Notes under the pieces: generated by a model
What the model was told of the DNA's origin: nothing
The model's input: the letters and a program-made list of their open reading frames with translations, nothing else
Databases searched by the model: none
Virus record (IMG/VR): IMGVR_UViG_3300042484_002006
DNA length: 64,000 nucleotides
Source: a virus
Reading direction: 5' to 3' (one strand)
Program-made: the position numbers and the translations under genes
In this document: positions 27,386-36,472 of the stretch, in pieces
Layout of the letters: the number at the start of each line of letters is the position of its first letter
Numbering within the stretch: the first letter of the stretch is position 1

Positions 27386-28242
27386 GAATAGATATGGGCA
27401 CTGCTAGTTATAATAATCCTCAGAAGTTAAATATGATGCTCATTAATATGAGAGAGAACTCTACTTCCGATTGGCGCTTTTTAGTCATTGATAACGCATC
27501 GACTGACCCAGGTGTCAGAGAAGTTATTGAAAGACACGCTAGTGAAGATTCAAGAATCATTCCAAGATTTTTAGATCACAATACTGGATATGTCGGAGCA
27601 GTCAATCAAATACTGGAGTGGGCAGAGACTAACAATGTCGGCTATCTTGACAACGATGCGTATGCTATTACTCGTGGTTGGGATGAGAAATTGGCTAGTT
27701 ATCTAGAATCTAATCATGAAGTCGCTATGGCTTTTCCTAATGGTGGAGCTTACCCGATACAGCGTACAAGATATATGGAAATATTATGGGGTGTTGGATT
27801 TTGTTGGATTTTAAATCGTCAACGATACAAAGAAATCGGTGGATTTGATACAGAGATCGGGCATCAAGAAGAAGTTGATTTCCAGACTAGAATAAGATTA
27901 GGTGGCTGGAAGATAGTAGCTGATCCATCAGTAGTAGTCTCTCACGATGCCACAAGTACTAGAAATCCTGATGCACAGGAAAGAATTAATGCAGGCGTAG
28001 TTAACTGGGTGAATAAATGGAATAAATACTTTGTAGGCCCGCATGTAACCTATCATAGCCCTAACGTAACTAGGTTCGAAGATTGGACTTCCCATTACAT
28101 GGAGGAATGGTATCAGTTGCAACCTGAGCTTAAAGGGTTAAATGAGAGTCCAGAAACAATTTATATAGCAGCTTTGGGGCGCGAAGTAGATATTATCAAG
28201 GTCCCACGTTGGCAAAATCTTTATCGAGGAAGAATAATTTAA
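27382..28242 (+). CDS. glycosyltransferase family 2
   Basis: VIDNASTD, NTGYVGAVN, YLDNDA, IGGFD...EEVDF. Confidence 0.88.
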   Translation: MRIDMGTASYNNPQKLNMMLINMRENSTSDWRFLVIDNASTDPGVREVIERHASEDSRIIPRFLDHNTGYVGAVNQILEWAETNNVGYLDNDAYAITRGWDEKLASYLESNHEVAMAFPNGGAYPIQRTRYMEILWGVGFCWILNRQRYKEIGGFDTEIGHQEEVDFQTRIRLGGWKIVADPSVVVSHDATSTRNPDAQERINAGVVNWVNKWNKYFVGPHVTYHSPNVTRFEDWTSHYMEEWYQLQPELKGLNESPETIYIAALGREVDIIKVPRWQNLYRGRII

Positions 28243-28782
28243 ATGAGATTAGAAACAATACCACAAGGTAATGGCATAAAAGTCGTAATTGGTACCAGAA
28301 CATACCTAGGTTCAGACTGGATGCATATAGATATAGATCCAACACCATTATATGATCATGTAAATAAAACTTTTGTCCCAGTAGACGTAGTTTGCGATGC
28401 ACGAAAAATCAATCTTCCAGATAATTACGCTGACATAGTTTATAACTCTGAATGTCTAGAACATTTTCCTTGGAAAGAATATCAATCAGTATTAGCTGAG
28501 TGGTGTAGAATTGTTAAGCCAGGTGGCATGATCAGAATAGAAGTCCCAGACTTTATTCTAGCCTGTAATCAATTAATCTCTATGGACTCTCTCGATGGAG
28601 ACAGAAGAATGCAGCAAATCTTTTTTGCGGAACAACTTAATCCTTTTGACTTTCACTTTGTGGGCTTAACGCATAGAATGTTGCAAGACGACTTTGAAAA
28701 AATGGGTTTTGAAATATTAGATATTAAGCGTGGAGATGAATGGGGCTGGCTCAAAGTCGACGCCCGTAAGCCTGTGCTATAA
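28243..28782 (+). CDS. SAM-dependent methyltransferase (type 11-like)
   Basis: DIVYNSECLEHF...WCRIVKPGGMIRIEVPD...FHF. Confidence 0.82.
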   Translation: MRLETIPQGNGIKVVIGTRTYLGSDWMHIDIDPTPLYDHVNKTFVPVDVVCDARKINLPDNYADIVYNSECLEHFPWKEYQSVLAEWCRIVKPGGMIRIEVPDFILACNQLISMDSLDGDRRMQQIFFAEQLNPFDFHFVGLTHRMLQDDFEKMGFEILDIKRGDEWGWLKVDARKPVL

Positions 28783-28783
28783 T
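28775..28783 (+). promoter_or_regulatory. extended -10 promoter, leaderless arrangement
   Basis: TGCTATAAT, then 7 nt, then ATG 28791 with no RBS. Confidence 0.55.
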
Positions 28784-28790
28784 ACATATC

Positions 28791-29249
28791 ATGGATTGGG
28801 ACTACGTAGCACATATAATTAGAGATGTGTTTCCACAAAGAACATTTACGACTCTTTATGGCCGTAGCAAAGAATTGTTAGATGTTTTACACATGCCTAA
28901 GCATGGTATTGGCGCTTTTATGATGCATACTGAAAGAGGAAAATATCTCTCTAACGACGAGAGTAAGTACTGGGAAGCTGGTATAAACGATACATATTTT
29001 GGTGAATCAATTTGTGATTTATTTATTTCATTTAATTATGATCCAGAACTTTTGAACGACGACACAGATATGGTAGCCCGTCAGATCAAAAGCTTTTTAA
29101 AACCTGGCGGTTTTGCAATGGTGGTAAATCCAGGTGTTTGGGCAAATGATCTTGGAAAATATCTAACTATTAACGCACAAGTGGAAACTGAAATTAAAAG
29201 ATATTCAATGTTTAAAAATGAGAATGTATTAGTGTATGAAAATATTTGA
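28791..29249 (+). CDS. hypothetical protein, possibly degenerate methyltransferase
   Basis: CDLFISF...FLKPGGFAMV resembles methyltransferase post-motifs. No clear motif I. Confidence 0.4.
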   Translation: MDWDYVAHIIRDVFPQRTFTTLYGRSKELLDVLHMPKHGIGAFMMHTERGKYLSNDESKYWEAGINDTYFGESICDLFISFNYDPELLNDDTDMVARQIKSFLKPGGFAMVVNPGVWANDLGKYLTINAQVETEIKRYSMFKNENVLVYENI

Positions 29250-29976
29250 TTGCTTTACGTATTTTAATGAAGAACAAATGCTAAAGATCCGCTTGCACGA
29301 ATTATACTCTTGTGTTGATTCATTCGTAATTGTAGAGGCATCTAAAACCTTTACTGGCAATAGCAAGCCCTTCTATTTAGAAGATATAGGTGAATGGATA
29401 AATCCATTTTTGGATAAAATAATTAAAATAAAGGTTGATTTTCCAAAAGATGAAATGACTTCTTGGGAGAGAGAATACTTTCAACGAAACGCCATCATGG
29501 ATGGTTTATCTTTTGCTAAAAAGAATGACATAATTTTAATATCTGATGTGGATGAAATTATTAAATCATCTGTTATACAGAAATTAAAAAATATAAAAAA
29601 ACCTGTAGCTTTAGATAATAGGCAATATTTTTGGAATTTTAATTGGCAGGTTCCAGATCACTGCAACCAAACTGCTAGACCAGTTGCGTTGAAATACTCG
29701 GAGTTGAAAAAAAATAGTCCACAAAAAATGAGAGAAGCACTTTTGCCAAGAGTACCCAACGCTGGTTGGCACTTTTCTTATTTTTCAGATATTAATAATA
29801 TTATATATAAGATAGAATCATTTGCGCATACAGAATATAATGAAAATGAATACAAGTCTTTAGAAACTATTAAGCATAGGATTGAAAAGGGAATAGATCC
29901 ATTTGATAGATTTCCCCTAAAGTATTATGAGATAAATGAAACGTATCCTGTTTATGTGCAAAATAACTACAAATAA
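29236..29976 (+). CDS. glycosyltransferase family 17-like
   Basis: FDCFTYFNE...IRLHEL...VIVEA..TFTG..KP...RE.FQRN...ISDVDEI...GWHFSY. Confidence 0.85.
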   Translation: MKIFDCFTYFNEEQMLKIRLHELYSCVDSFVIVEASKTFTGNSKPFYLEDIGEWINPFLDKIIKIKVDFPKDEMTSWEREYFQRNAIMDGLSFAKKNDIILISDVDEIIKSSVIQKLKNIKKPVALDNRQYFWNFNWQVPDHCNQTARPVALKYSELKKNSPQKMREALLPRVPNAGWHFSYFSDINNIIYKIESFAHTEYNENEYKSLETIKHRIEKGIDPFDRFPLKYYEINETYPVYVQNNYK

Positions 29977-30028
29977 GAAAAAGTGATTACTATACTCCTA
30001 CGATGTATTGATTGTTTAAGGAGTCAAA

Positions 30029-30232
30029 ATGGCCGGTAAAAAGCCCGCAAAGAAAAATGTTTCGAATTCACCCGTAGCTACCCTCAAAGTAGAACAACCA
30101 GGTAAGCCAATCCTATATGTAGGATTAAAAGGTAGATCCTTTATCTGCCCCGCATGCAGTCGAGAACTCCAACGTGGCATGGTTTATGAGCATAATAATG
30201 AAAAGTTCTGCTCAAGAAACTGTATAGGCTGA
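30029..30232 (+). CDS. small Cys protein (TRASH-like)
   Basis: CPAC...FCSRNC. Confidence 0.55.
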   Translation: MAGKKPAKKNVSNSPVATLKVEQPGKPILYVGLKGRSFICPACSRELQRGMVYEHNNEKFCSRNCIG

Positions 30233-31720
30233 CTAAAATCTTTTTCTTAGAATTGATAGAGCTGCGCCTGCAGTTCTTAACATTCTTGATCCACCCGTAC
30301 CAGATGCTACGTGGGATGAAGCTTCAGTCGAGGCTTCCAGTAAACCTCGCGTTGCACCAGAGCGTCTAACGGCTACTTCTACGCCTTCTTCTACAGTTTG
30401 AGGGACCTGCCTGTTAGCAACTCTCGCAGCGACTGTCTGGTCTGCCTTCGCCATTGACTCTATTAAAGCTTTTGGTGGAGTAAGAGGAACTGATTCTGTA
30501 ATATTCCCTGTCATTTTTTCTCCAAGATTTTTTGGCAAACCTGAACCTTCCATGGGTTCTAGTCTTTTTGCTCGCTCCAAAAATTTATCTTCTCCACCAG
30601 AATCTCTAAATTTTTGTATCTGCTCTTCTTTCCAGGCATCCTCAATAGATCTTATTTCTCTTTGCAGGTCGGGATCCAAAGCGTAAGGACGAGAGGCATC
30701 TCCTGTTTCCATTTGGGGGTAAGTAAGGGTTGCTATAGGCTTATGCTGCCCTACTAGTCCTACTTCGTCACTAACAGTTAATCCTGCTTGTCCAGTAACA
30801 TCTCTAATAAAAGGGAATAAATGAGCACCAGCTGTTTCGCCTCTACCATATCCTGTGGCCATTTTCTCTGTTGCATCATAGGCGCTCATGAATTGGCCAT
30901 CCCAAGTTTTACCTTGAGCAAGTATTTCTCTTCTTTTTATTAGATCAGATCTGTGCCTTTCTATTATACCCTCAATTTTTTCAGGTCCTACATATCTATC
31001 AAAATTTGTATCTTTTCCAATAAGATGAGATTGAGCGTTGTTGATGGATCCGATATTTCCTTTTCGAAAATCTAATTCATACCCATGATTTTTTGAGAGT
31101 TCAGTTAATTTGTCTAATCTTTCTTCGCCAACTTCACCAGGCCACACACCAGTTTTTTTATATTCCTCTAGAAAATCATCTAAAACATACTGCTGTTTTA
31201 AGTCTGAATCAAAAGCCATCTTATACTTTTCAAAGCGTTGTTCATTCAGTCCAGCTACATTTCCACCACCAGCTCCAGCAAGAAGTTTTCTTTCTTCCGC
31301 ACTTAAATTTTTATAAATTAATTCGCCAGGTTTTTTATCAACTAATCCACTTCTATCTACCATTTCTGCATTAGGGCTAGCATACTTCCCCAAAGTAAGA
31401 TTCTTGGGCATGTCGGGCCTATAGCCAAATGATGCGTTATCTGGACTTAAGACGCCACCTTCAAACGCATCCACGCCAACATGAGTAGCGTAGCTAAGTC
31501 CTTTGAAATCTGGGTTGTATCCTAATGCAGAAAGTCTTTCTGGGGTGGGGTTATCTTTATGAAAACCCTTGGTAAACATACCTTGGAGTTCAGTGGTTCG
31601 CGCCTGTAATCTAGCAAATCTTTCTGGATCAGCCTTTATATCCTCAAAGCTTTCAGTAAATGTCTCATAGGTATCCATGAGTTGACGCCTATTAAAAAAT
31701 TCATCTATAGTTTGAGCCAT
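30233..31720 (-). CDS. hypothetical 495-aa protein
   Basis: Long ORF with GAGG RBS, opposite to the surrounding genes. No family recognised. Confidence 0.7.
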   Translation of the reverse strand: MAQTIDEFFNRRQLMDTYETFTESFEDIKADPERFARLQARTTELQGMFTKGFHKDNPTPERLSALGYNPDFKGLSYATHVGVDAFEGGVLSPDNASFGYRPDMPKNLTLGKYASPNAEMVDRSGLVDKKPGELIYKNLSAEERKLLAGAGGGNVAGLNEQRFEKYKMAFDSDLKQQYVLDDFLEEYKKTGVWPGEVGEERLDKLTELSKNHGYELDFRKGNIGSINNAQSHLIGKDTNFDRYVGPEKIEGIIERHRSDLIKRREILAQGKTWDGQFMSAYDATEKMATGYGRGETAGAHLFPFIRDVTGQAGLTVSDEVGLVGQHKPIATLTYPQMETGDASRPYALDPDLQREIRSIEDAWKEEQIQKFRDSGGEDKFLERAKRLEPMEGSGLPKNLGEKMTGNITESVPLTPPKALIESMAKADQTVAARVANRQVPQTVEEGVEVAVRRSGATRGLLEASTEASSHVASGTGGSRMLRTAGAALSILRKRF

Positions 31721-31737
31721 AACTAACCTCTTTGTGT

Positions 31738-31759
31738 GTTACTATATATACATAGTAAC
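31738..31759. promoter_or_regulatory. palindromic pair of YTACTAT elements between divergent genes
   Basis: GTTACTAT-ATATAC-ATAGTAAC. Each copy lies 31 nt from a start codon (31777 on +, 31720 on -). Confidence 0.7.
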
Positions 31760-31776
31760 TATCTTTTAGGAGAAAA

Positions 31777-32109
31777 ATGTCAATTTATTGGTTAGCTGAA
31801 TTTTTAAAAGAAATGGAAAATAAACTTCCTCCGGCAGAACAAGAATATGCCAACGCCCTAATAGGTATAGTGGGTAAGTATGGGAAGCTTTCCAACGGTG
31901 ATGGCAATGGTATCTGGGTAGGATATGTGCCCGGAATCGAAAACGATAATCTATCTATTGGGGTTAAGTGTGCTAACTGTGCCCTGTATGAAGGTAACGG
32001 TGTTTGCAAGATCGTAGCTCAGACAGTAGAAGATAACGGCTATTGTAGATTAGCTGCGATTTGGGATGGCGCAGTAGATAGCTCAAAAAAAGATGATGGC
32101 AATGAATAA
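31777..32109 (+). CDS. HiPIP-like Cys-motif protein (paralog 1)
   Basis: CANC-x8-C-x12-C with GYC. Confidence 0.6.
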   Translation: MSIYWLAEFLKEMENKLPPAEQEYANALIGIVGKYGKLSNGDGNGIWVGYVPGIENDNLSIGVKCANCALYEGNGVCKIVAQTVEDNGYCRLAAIWDGAVDSSKKDDGNE

Positions 32110-32464
32110 CTATTGGCTATCAGAATATAGTTCTCCTGATGATGAGGAAATGCCTGAAGAAGAAATGCCTGAAGATTCTACGGATCCAGATGATCCCGAA
32201 GAAAAGTTAAATCCTCGCCAAAAACTAATGTATGATCAATATGAACAATTAGTTGAGATGTTTGGCAAGTTTGATCAGACATCAAAAGCTAACGGAGCAC
32301 ATTATGCTCCAGCTAAAGCCAACCCTTTCATAAAGCAGGGTATGATTTGTTCTAACTGTGTTTTCTTTATGGGTGGTCAGGGATGCGAAATAGTAGCTGG
32401 CAAGATTGAGCCTAACGCTGTATGTAAGTTATGGATTATTCCTGAAGATCTTATCTTAGAATAA
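32102..32464 (+). CDS. HiPIP-like Cys-motif protein (paralog 2)
   Basis: CSNC-x8-C-x12-CKLW. Shares an N-terminal YWLxE with paralog 1. Confidence 0.6.
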   Translation: MNNYWLSEYSSPDDEEMPEEEMPEDSTDPDDPEEKLNPRQKLMYDQYEQLVEMFGKFDQTSKANGAHYAPAKANPFIKQGMICSNCVFFMGGQGCEIVAGKIEPNAVCKLWIIPEDLILE

Positions 32465-32466
32465 GA

Positions 32467-32655
32467 TTAATCAGACTCATCCATTTCTTTTTTGATTACA
32501 GCACCAAATAATACTATTACTAAAGTGGCAATGCTGATCTTAATTCCCCATGATTGTATATCGCCAGACAAAGTAATAAGAACTAATATAGTTCCAGCTA
32601 TTGTCCAGGCCTGATCATAAAGAGCAGCTATTAATTTTTTCATAAATTTTTTCAT
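32467..32655 (-). CDS. small two-TM membrane protein
   Basis: Two hydrophobic helices. GGGAG RBS. Downstream of the large secreted protein. Confidence 0.6.
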   Translation of the reverse strand: MKKFMKKLIAALYDQAWTIAGTILVLITLSGDIQSWGIKISIATLVIVLFGAVIKKEMDESD

Positions 32656-32670
32656 TATATCTCCCTGTTG

Positions 32671-35496
32671 TTATCTTCTTCTTGAGGCTCCAGCTACTGG
32701 AGCAACAGCAATAACTGCTCCCGCAGCTATAACCGCTCTTCTTTGTCCCACATTTATATTGGAACCTAGAGGCACATAAGTATTTAAACTTCCTGAGCCA
32801 AATATGTTTATTTCTTCTTCGAATGAAGAACGCACTTCTGTTGGAGCGTCTTGTACCGCACCAATAATCTCCAACGCTTGTTCATCTGTTATATCATCAA
32901 TGGGAATTTCGGCAAAGATTTCAGCTGCCTGTTCTCCATCGATAGATGATAGTACCTCTGCACTTGTGGCAATCTCAGTTGCTTGTTCTTCCGTGATTCC
33001 ATTTTCTATAATTGCATCGACAGCTTCCTGAACTTGCTCATCAGTAACTGTGTCACTACTCAACACGTCAACTAGATTTTCGAATTGTTCGTCACTCAAT
33101 GGCTGATCCAAAACGGCATCAATGACTGCAGTAAATTCTTCGTCACTCAGTGGTTCTTCAAACACGGTATCAAGCACTTCAGCAAACGCTTCATCGCTTA
33201 ATTCTTCCGCAAACACTTGATCAATAACCTCTGTGAATTGTTCTTCTGATAAATCACCAGATAATAATTCTGTAGCTGCAGCAACTAACTCTTCTTCGTT
33301 ATCAGCTGAAGTTAAAATTTCATCTACAGCATTAGCGAATTCTTCTTCAGTTAAATCTCCAGATAAAATCTCATCCACTTGATCAGATATTTCTTCCGGA
33401 ACAGTAGTCTCAGGCTCCGGCTCTATAACTTCTGGTTCAGGAATAGTTGTTTCTGGTTCGGGAACTGTAGTTTCTGGTTCCGGATCAACTGTAGGGGGAT
33501 CTGTATCTGGAGGAATAACTACAGGAGGAATTGTTTCTGGCTCAGTTGTAGTAGTTATTTCTGGTTCCGGCTCAGTTGTAGTAGTTGTTTCTGGCTCTGG
33601 CTCAGTTGTGGTGGTGGTTTCTGCCTCTGGCTCGGTGGTAGTTGTTGTTTCTAGCTCGGGCTCAGTTGTGGTAGTTGTTTCTGGTTCGGGCTCGGTGGTA
33701 GTTGTTGTGGCGGGGGTTGGATCAAGAACAGTTGCATCAACAGTGACTTCGGGTCCATACACGCATGGACCTACGCCTGCGCTGGAAAAGCAGCTCTGAT
33801 TTCCTGCTTTAATGCCAAAGCGAACTGGTCCGTATCCAGTCGTGAGAGGATTGCTACCAGAGAACATCCCAGTGCTTAACAAATAAGTAGTTCCTTGATT
33901 AGTCGATAAACCCCAACCGCCTGAGGTGGTTCCACCAATTTCGTCAAGGTCGTAAAAACTAACTCCATAAGCGTAGATGTCAACATTGCTTGATGTTGGC
34001 GCATCCCAGTCAAGGCTCACGCTTCCATCTGCGTTGGCAACAGCCGTCAGGTTTGTGACGGCATTGAAGTACGGAGGAGGAGTGACAGACAGACTCTCCC
34101 ATGATTGACCATCCGCAGAAGTCATAACTCTGTTGTCTGTTCCAGAGTTTGCTACAGCAACATACTTTCCAGCCCCATAAGCAACCCCTTGCCACGAGTT
34201 ATTTGGAACTCCAGAACCTAGCGTCCAGTTCGCACCATCGGTTGAATAAGCGGAGCGGGAATTTAATCCACCTTCCGCTACCGCAATAAATTTATCTTCG
34301 CCGTAGGTGATGTATTTCCATTGGTTAGATGGAACAAGTCCAGCAGACCAGTTCAATCCATTTATGGAGTAACCGCCATATCTATTTCCCGAGTTTGTGC
34401 TGTACTCAAGCCACGAGAAACGACCATTACCAAACGCAACTGTTCGGATATCCACAATTGCACCAGGGTTTTGAGTAGACCAGCCAGTAGTTCCATTGGC
34501 GGAAGACCATGCTCTACCAAACTGAGACACAGATACAAACCGTGGAATTGTTGCACTACAGGCAACAGCGTCATGTGACCATCCATAAGATGGAGTGCGT
34601 AATGTCCATTCAACACCATCTGTGGAAGACATTACATAATTGCTACCCCAAGTTGCGGTAGCAACAAAAAGACCGCCACAGTTCGTGATTGCTTGCCACT
34701 CGCCAACTGGCGCAGTTCTTGATGTCCAAGTAACTCCATCAGGCGAGGTCATTACAGCATTTGAACCAACCGCAACAAACTGATTGTCGGCGTAGGTGAT
34801 CCCCTGCCAGTTACCATCAGAAGCAGACGTTCTTGAGGTCCAATAATTGCCATTTGTTGAAGTCATGACACGGTTGCCATCTCCGGACGAAGCAACGGCA
34901 ACAAATTTTCCATCACCGTAAGTCACTGCTTCCCACTGCTGGTCTGCTGGATACCCTGTCGGGACGAAAGCCGCTGGGGTCACTCCTATGGAGACATTAT
35001 CAATACTTGGACCGTAGTGCCCACTCCAAAAACCTTTGTCCATACCACTAAAGGTTATTGTAGCGGTCGTTGCACCTTGCGGAATGGTAATGGACAGGCT
35101 GAAGTTTTCAAGATCATGAGCAACAGATCTAGTGACTGTGGCTGAGGCGGGAGAAGGAGAATCTGAGGATAGCGTTGCTGTCCAGGTGTCTGATATAGCA
35201 CCCTGGCCTACACTATTTGTCAGACTATTATCAACAGCGAATGAAAGAGTTACAGTATCCCCTGGTGTAACAGTGATAGCTTGGAATACTTCGCCGGTCT
35301 GATAGGAAAATTGCAAAGCGCCATTGAATAAAACTCCAGAGCCTCCATTTTGGGACACAGTCCATCCAGAGGATCCATTAAAATCCCCGTTGACTAATAA
35401 GTTGCTTGCGTGCGCACTTGATAGCGGCGCAAAAAAGCCAACAATAGCTAGTGATATAGTAGAAAACCTAAATAAGTTACCAATAAAATTCCGCAT
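32671..35496 (-). CDS. large secreted/surface protein: CBM-like domain, beta-propeller repeats, FN3, Thr/Glu stalk, acidic helical repeats
   Basis: Signal peptide ending SAHA, NLLVNGDF, repeated WxxVxYGxGKFVAV...VMTSxDGxxW, VSLDWDAP, ETTTTTEPEP repeats and a hydrophobic C-terminus. GGGAG RBS supports ATG 35496. Confidence 0.75.
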   Translation of the reverse strand: MRNFIGNLFRFSTISLAIVGFFAPLSSAHASNLLVNGDFNGSSGWTVSQNGGSGVLFNGALQFSYQTGEVFQAITVTPGDTVTLSFAVDNSLTNSVGQGAISDTWTATLSSDSPSPASATVTRSVAHDLENFSLSITIPQGATTATITFSGMDKGFWSGHYGPSIDNVSIGVTPAAFVPTGYPADQQWEAVTYGDGKFVAVASSGDGNRVMTSTNGNYWTSRTSASDGNWQGITYADNQFVAVGSNAVMTSPDGVTWTSRTAPVGEWQAITNCGGLFVATATWGSNYVMSSTDGVEWTLRTPSYGWSHDAVACSATIPRFVSVSQFGRAWSSANGTTGWSTQNPGAIVDIRTVAFGNGRFSWLEYSTNSGNRYGGYSINGLNWSAGLVPSNQWKYITYGEDKFIAVAEGGLNSRSAYSTDGANWTLGSGVPNNSWQGVAYGAGKYVAVANSGTDNRVMTSADGQSWESLSVTPPPYFNAVTNLTAVANADGSVSLDWDAPTSSNVDIYAYGVSFYDLDEIGGTTSGGWGLSTNQGTTYLLSTGMFSGSNPLTTGYGPVRFGIKAGNQSCFSSAGVGPCVYGPEVTVDATVLDPTPATTTTTEPEPETTTTTEPELETTTTTEPEAETTTTTEPEPETTTTTEPEPEITTTTEPETIPPVVIPPDTDPPTVDPEPETTVPEPETTIPEPEVIEPEPETTVPEEISDQVDEILSGDLTEEEFANAVDEILTSADNEEELVAAATELLSGDLSEEQFTEVIDQVFAEELSDEAFAEVLDTVFEEPLSDEEFTAVIDAVLDQPLSDEQFENLVDVLSSDTVTDEQVQEAVDAIIENGITEEQATEIATSAEVLSSIDGEQAAEIFAEIPIDDITDEQALEIIGAVQDAPTEVRSSFEEEINIFGSGSLNTYVPLGSNINVGQRRAVIAAGAVIAVAPVAGASRRR
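33534..33708 (-). repeat. six 30-nt tandem repeats encoding ETTTTTEPEP
   Basis: CTC(A/G)GT units start at 33541, 33571, 33601, 33631, 33661 and 33691. Confidence 0.85.
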
Positions 35497-35559
35497 GATA
35501 AAGACTCCCATCCTCGATAAAATAGTAAGACTAAAGTCCCTAAATAAGAGTGTAGATTG

Positions 35560-35587
35560 TTGACACACTAGATATTATTGTGATAAT
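35560..35587 (+). promoter_or_regulatory. sigma70-type promoter
   Basis: TTGACA(35560-65) and TGTGATAAT(35579-87) upstream of the GT2 gene. Confidence 0.5.
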
Positions 35588-35620
35588 ATATAAATATATT
35601 TTATTGACATTAAGGTTTAA

Positions 35621-36418
35621 ATGATTTCTATTTGTACACCAACTTATAATACTGATTCAAGTATTCTAGCTAGAACTTGGGCAAGTCTTAAATCTCAGAC
35701 CTATACCAATTGGGAGTGGGTCGTTTGGGACGACTCTACCAATAATGATACATGGAGTCAAATTTATGGTTTAGCATCTGATGAAAGATTCAGACTGATG
35801 GCGCATAAATCACACGTCCATTCCGGAAGTATTGGCAGAGTTAAACGTCAGTGCATGATGGCAGCTGAAGGTGACATTCTAGTAGAGTTAGACCACGATG
35901 ATGAACTAATGCCCGACGCACTGCAATTAATTGCAGATGTGTTCTCTGATCCAGAAGTTGGATTTGTTTATTCTGATTGGTGTGAAATTTTACCTGATGG
36001 TCAATCCGGAAGATATCCAGACGGTTGGGCTTTTGGTTACGGTTCAGATTACTGGGACGAAGAGCATCAAGTCTGGACAATGCGTGCTCCAGAAGTCAAT
36101 CCCACTACTATTAGACATATCGTTTCGGCACCTAATCATGTACGTGCATGGCGAGCTAGTGTCTATAGAGAATTAAATGGACATGATCCTCGTTTTACTG
36201 TAGCAGATGATTTTGATTTAGTTGTTAGAACTTTTTTAGTTACTAAATTTAATTATATTCCTAAGATGATTTACAAGCAACACATTGGTCCTTCTACAGC
36301 ACAGCGTACACGCAACGCCTTGATTCAACACAACGTTGCAGAAATCGCAGCTAAATACGATGATTTGATTACTAAACGTTTTGAAGATTTGGAATCTTGT
36401 TCTGGCACAACAGAATAA
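35621..36418 (+). CDS. glycosyltransferase family 2
   Basis: ICTPTYN, WVVWDDS, VELDHDDEL, FVYSD and ADDFDL. Confidence 0.9.
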   Translation: MISICTPTYNTDSSILARTWASLKSQTYTNWEWVVWDDSTNNDTWSQIYGLASDERFRLMAHKSHVHSGSIGRVKRQCMMAAEGDILVELDHDDELMPDALQLIADVFSDPEVGFVYSDWCEILPDGQSGRYPDGWAFGYGSDYWDEEHQVWTMRAPEVNPTTIRHIVSAPNHVRAWRASVYRELNGHDPRFTVADDFDLVVRTFLVTKFNYIPKMIYKQHIGPSTAQRTRNALIQHNVAEIAAKYDDLITKRFEDLESCSGTTE

Positions 36419-36472
36419 AAAATGTTACTATTAACATAAGCGCTTATTTTATATTCCTATAGAGGTTTTTAC

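Noticed and set aside
33534-33708. 30-nt periodic repeats as a CRISPR-like array
   Set aside because: The units are contiguous with no unique spacers and encode ETTTTTEPEP in frame.
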